Below are positions 63,901 through 64,000 of a stretch of DNA of 64,000 bases, piece by piece. The stretch lies in contig NC_092381.1 of the NCBI RefSeq assembly GCF_030028105.1, positions 83,602,505 through 83,666,504 on the forward strand. The letters are read 5' to 3'. Numbering within the stretch: position 1 is the first letter of the stretch; the number at the start of each line of letters is the position of its first letter. The translations under genes and the position numbers were made by a program. The notes under the pieces are model-generated. The model searched no databases. It saw nothing but the letters and a program-made list of their open reading frames with translations, and was not told the origin of the DNA. This DNA is from Mobula birostris (Eukaryota).

Positions 63901-64000
63901 CGCTGCACCCCTGCATGCTTCGCGGCAATGTATCGCTCGGTGGCCTGGAGGGTGGGGTCCACTGCACCACTCAGTCTAACTCACCATCATCCGTGTGCTC

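Larger units (their letters stand above)
62085..64000 (+). mobile_element. Non-autonomous Tigger-like element running past the window end, interrupted by a solo LTR
   Basis: TA|CAGGTGTCCCCCGC start; CENP-B-type HTH remnant KPKRALKGVTLSVKLDIIKHFDRGER (~63170-63250) fused to an acidic C-terminal remnant DVEEVLASHDQELTDEE. Confidence 0.8.

Noticed and set aside
56424-64000. miR-199/miR-214 cluster or DNM3OS expected in DNM3 introns
   Set aside because: In mammals these lie in a much more distal intron; I saw no such mature sequences here.
1-64000. CRISPR arrays, prokaryotic operons or defence systems
   Set aside because: The sequence is intron-rich vertebrate DNA with no regularly spaced repeat-spacer array; all RT-like ORFs belong to LINEs.

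Overview
This is vertebrate genomic DNA, not microbial. The repeat content (CR1, Rex1/Babar, Penelope-like elements, V-/CORE-type tRNA SINEs) suggests a cartilaginous fish, probably a ray; that assignment is inference. Three host genes were reconstructed by hand from GT-AG exons. (1) ITPA lies on the minus strand, with coding exons 1-4 in the window; the remaining exons were not found and probably lie left of base 1. (2) A complete 8-coding-exon METTL13/eEF1A-KNMT lies on the plus strand (2100 nt, 699 aa), head-to-head with ITPA across a ~0.2-kb CCAAT-rich bidirectional promoter. (3) The CpG-island first exon of a classical dynamin follows, most likely DNM3. The rest is mostly nested transposon debris. 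The most notable observations are: a family of short Penelope-derived fold-back insertions with 10-15 bp target-site duplications that carry minimal type-I hammerhead ribozyme motifs (best copy an 86-bp-arm hairpin at 44.7-44.9 kb); a ~0.5-kb unclassified inverted duplication bracketing the shared ITPA/METTL13 promoter; further local inverted repeats; a candidate poison exon in ITPA; and Drp1/Vps1-like substitutions in and next to the dynamin P-loop. I found no convincing new protein-coding system. All alignments were done by eye, so transposon boundaries are approximate unless a target-site duplication (TSD) is given.
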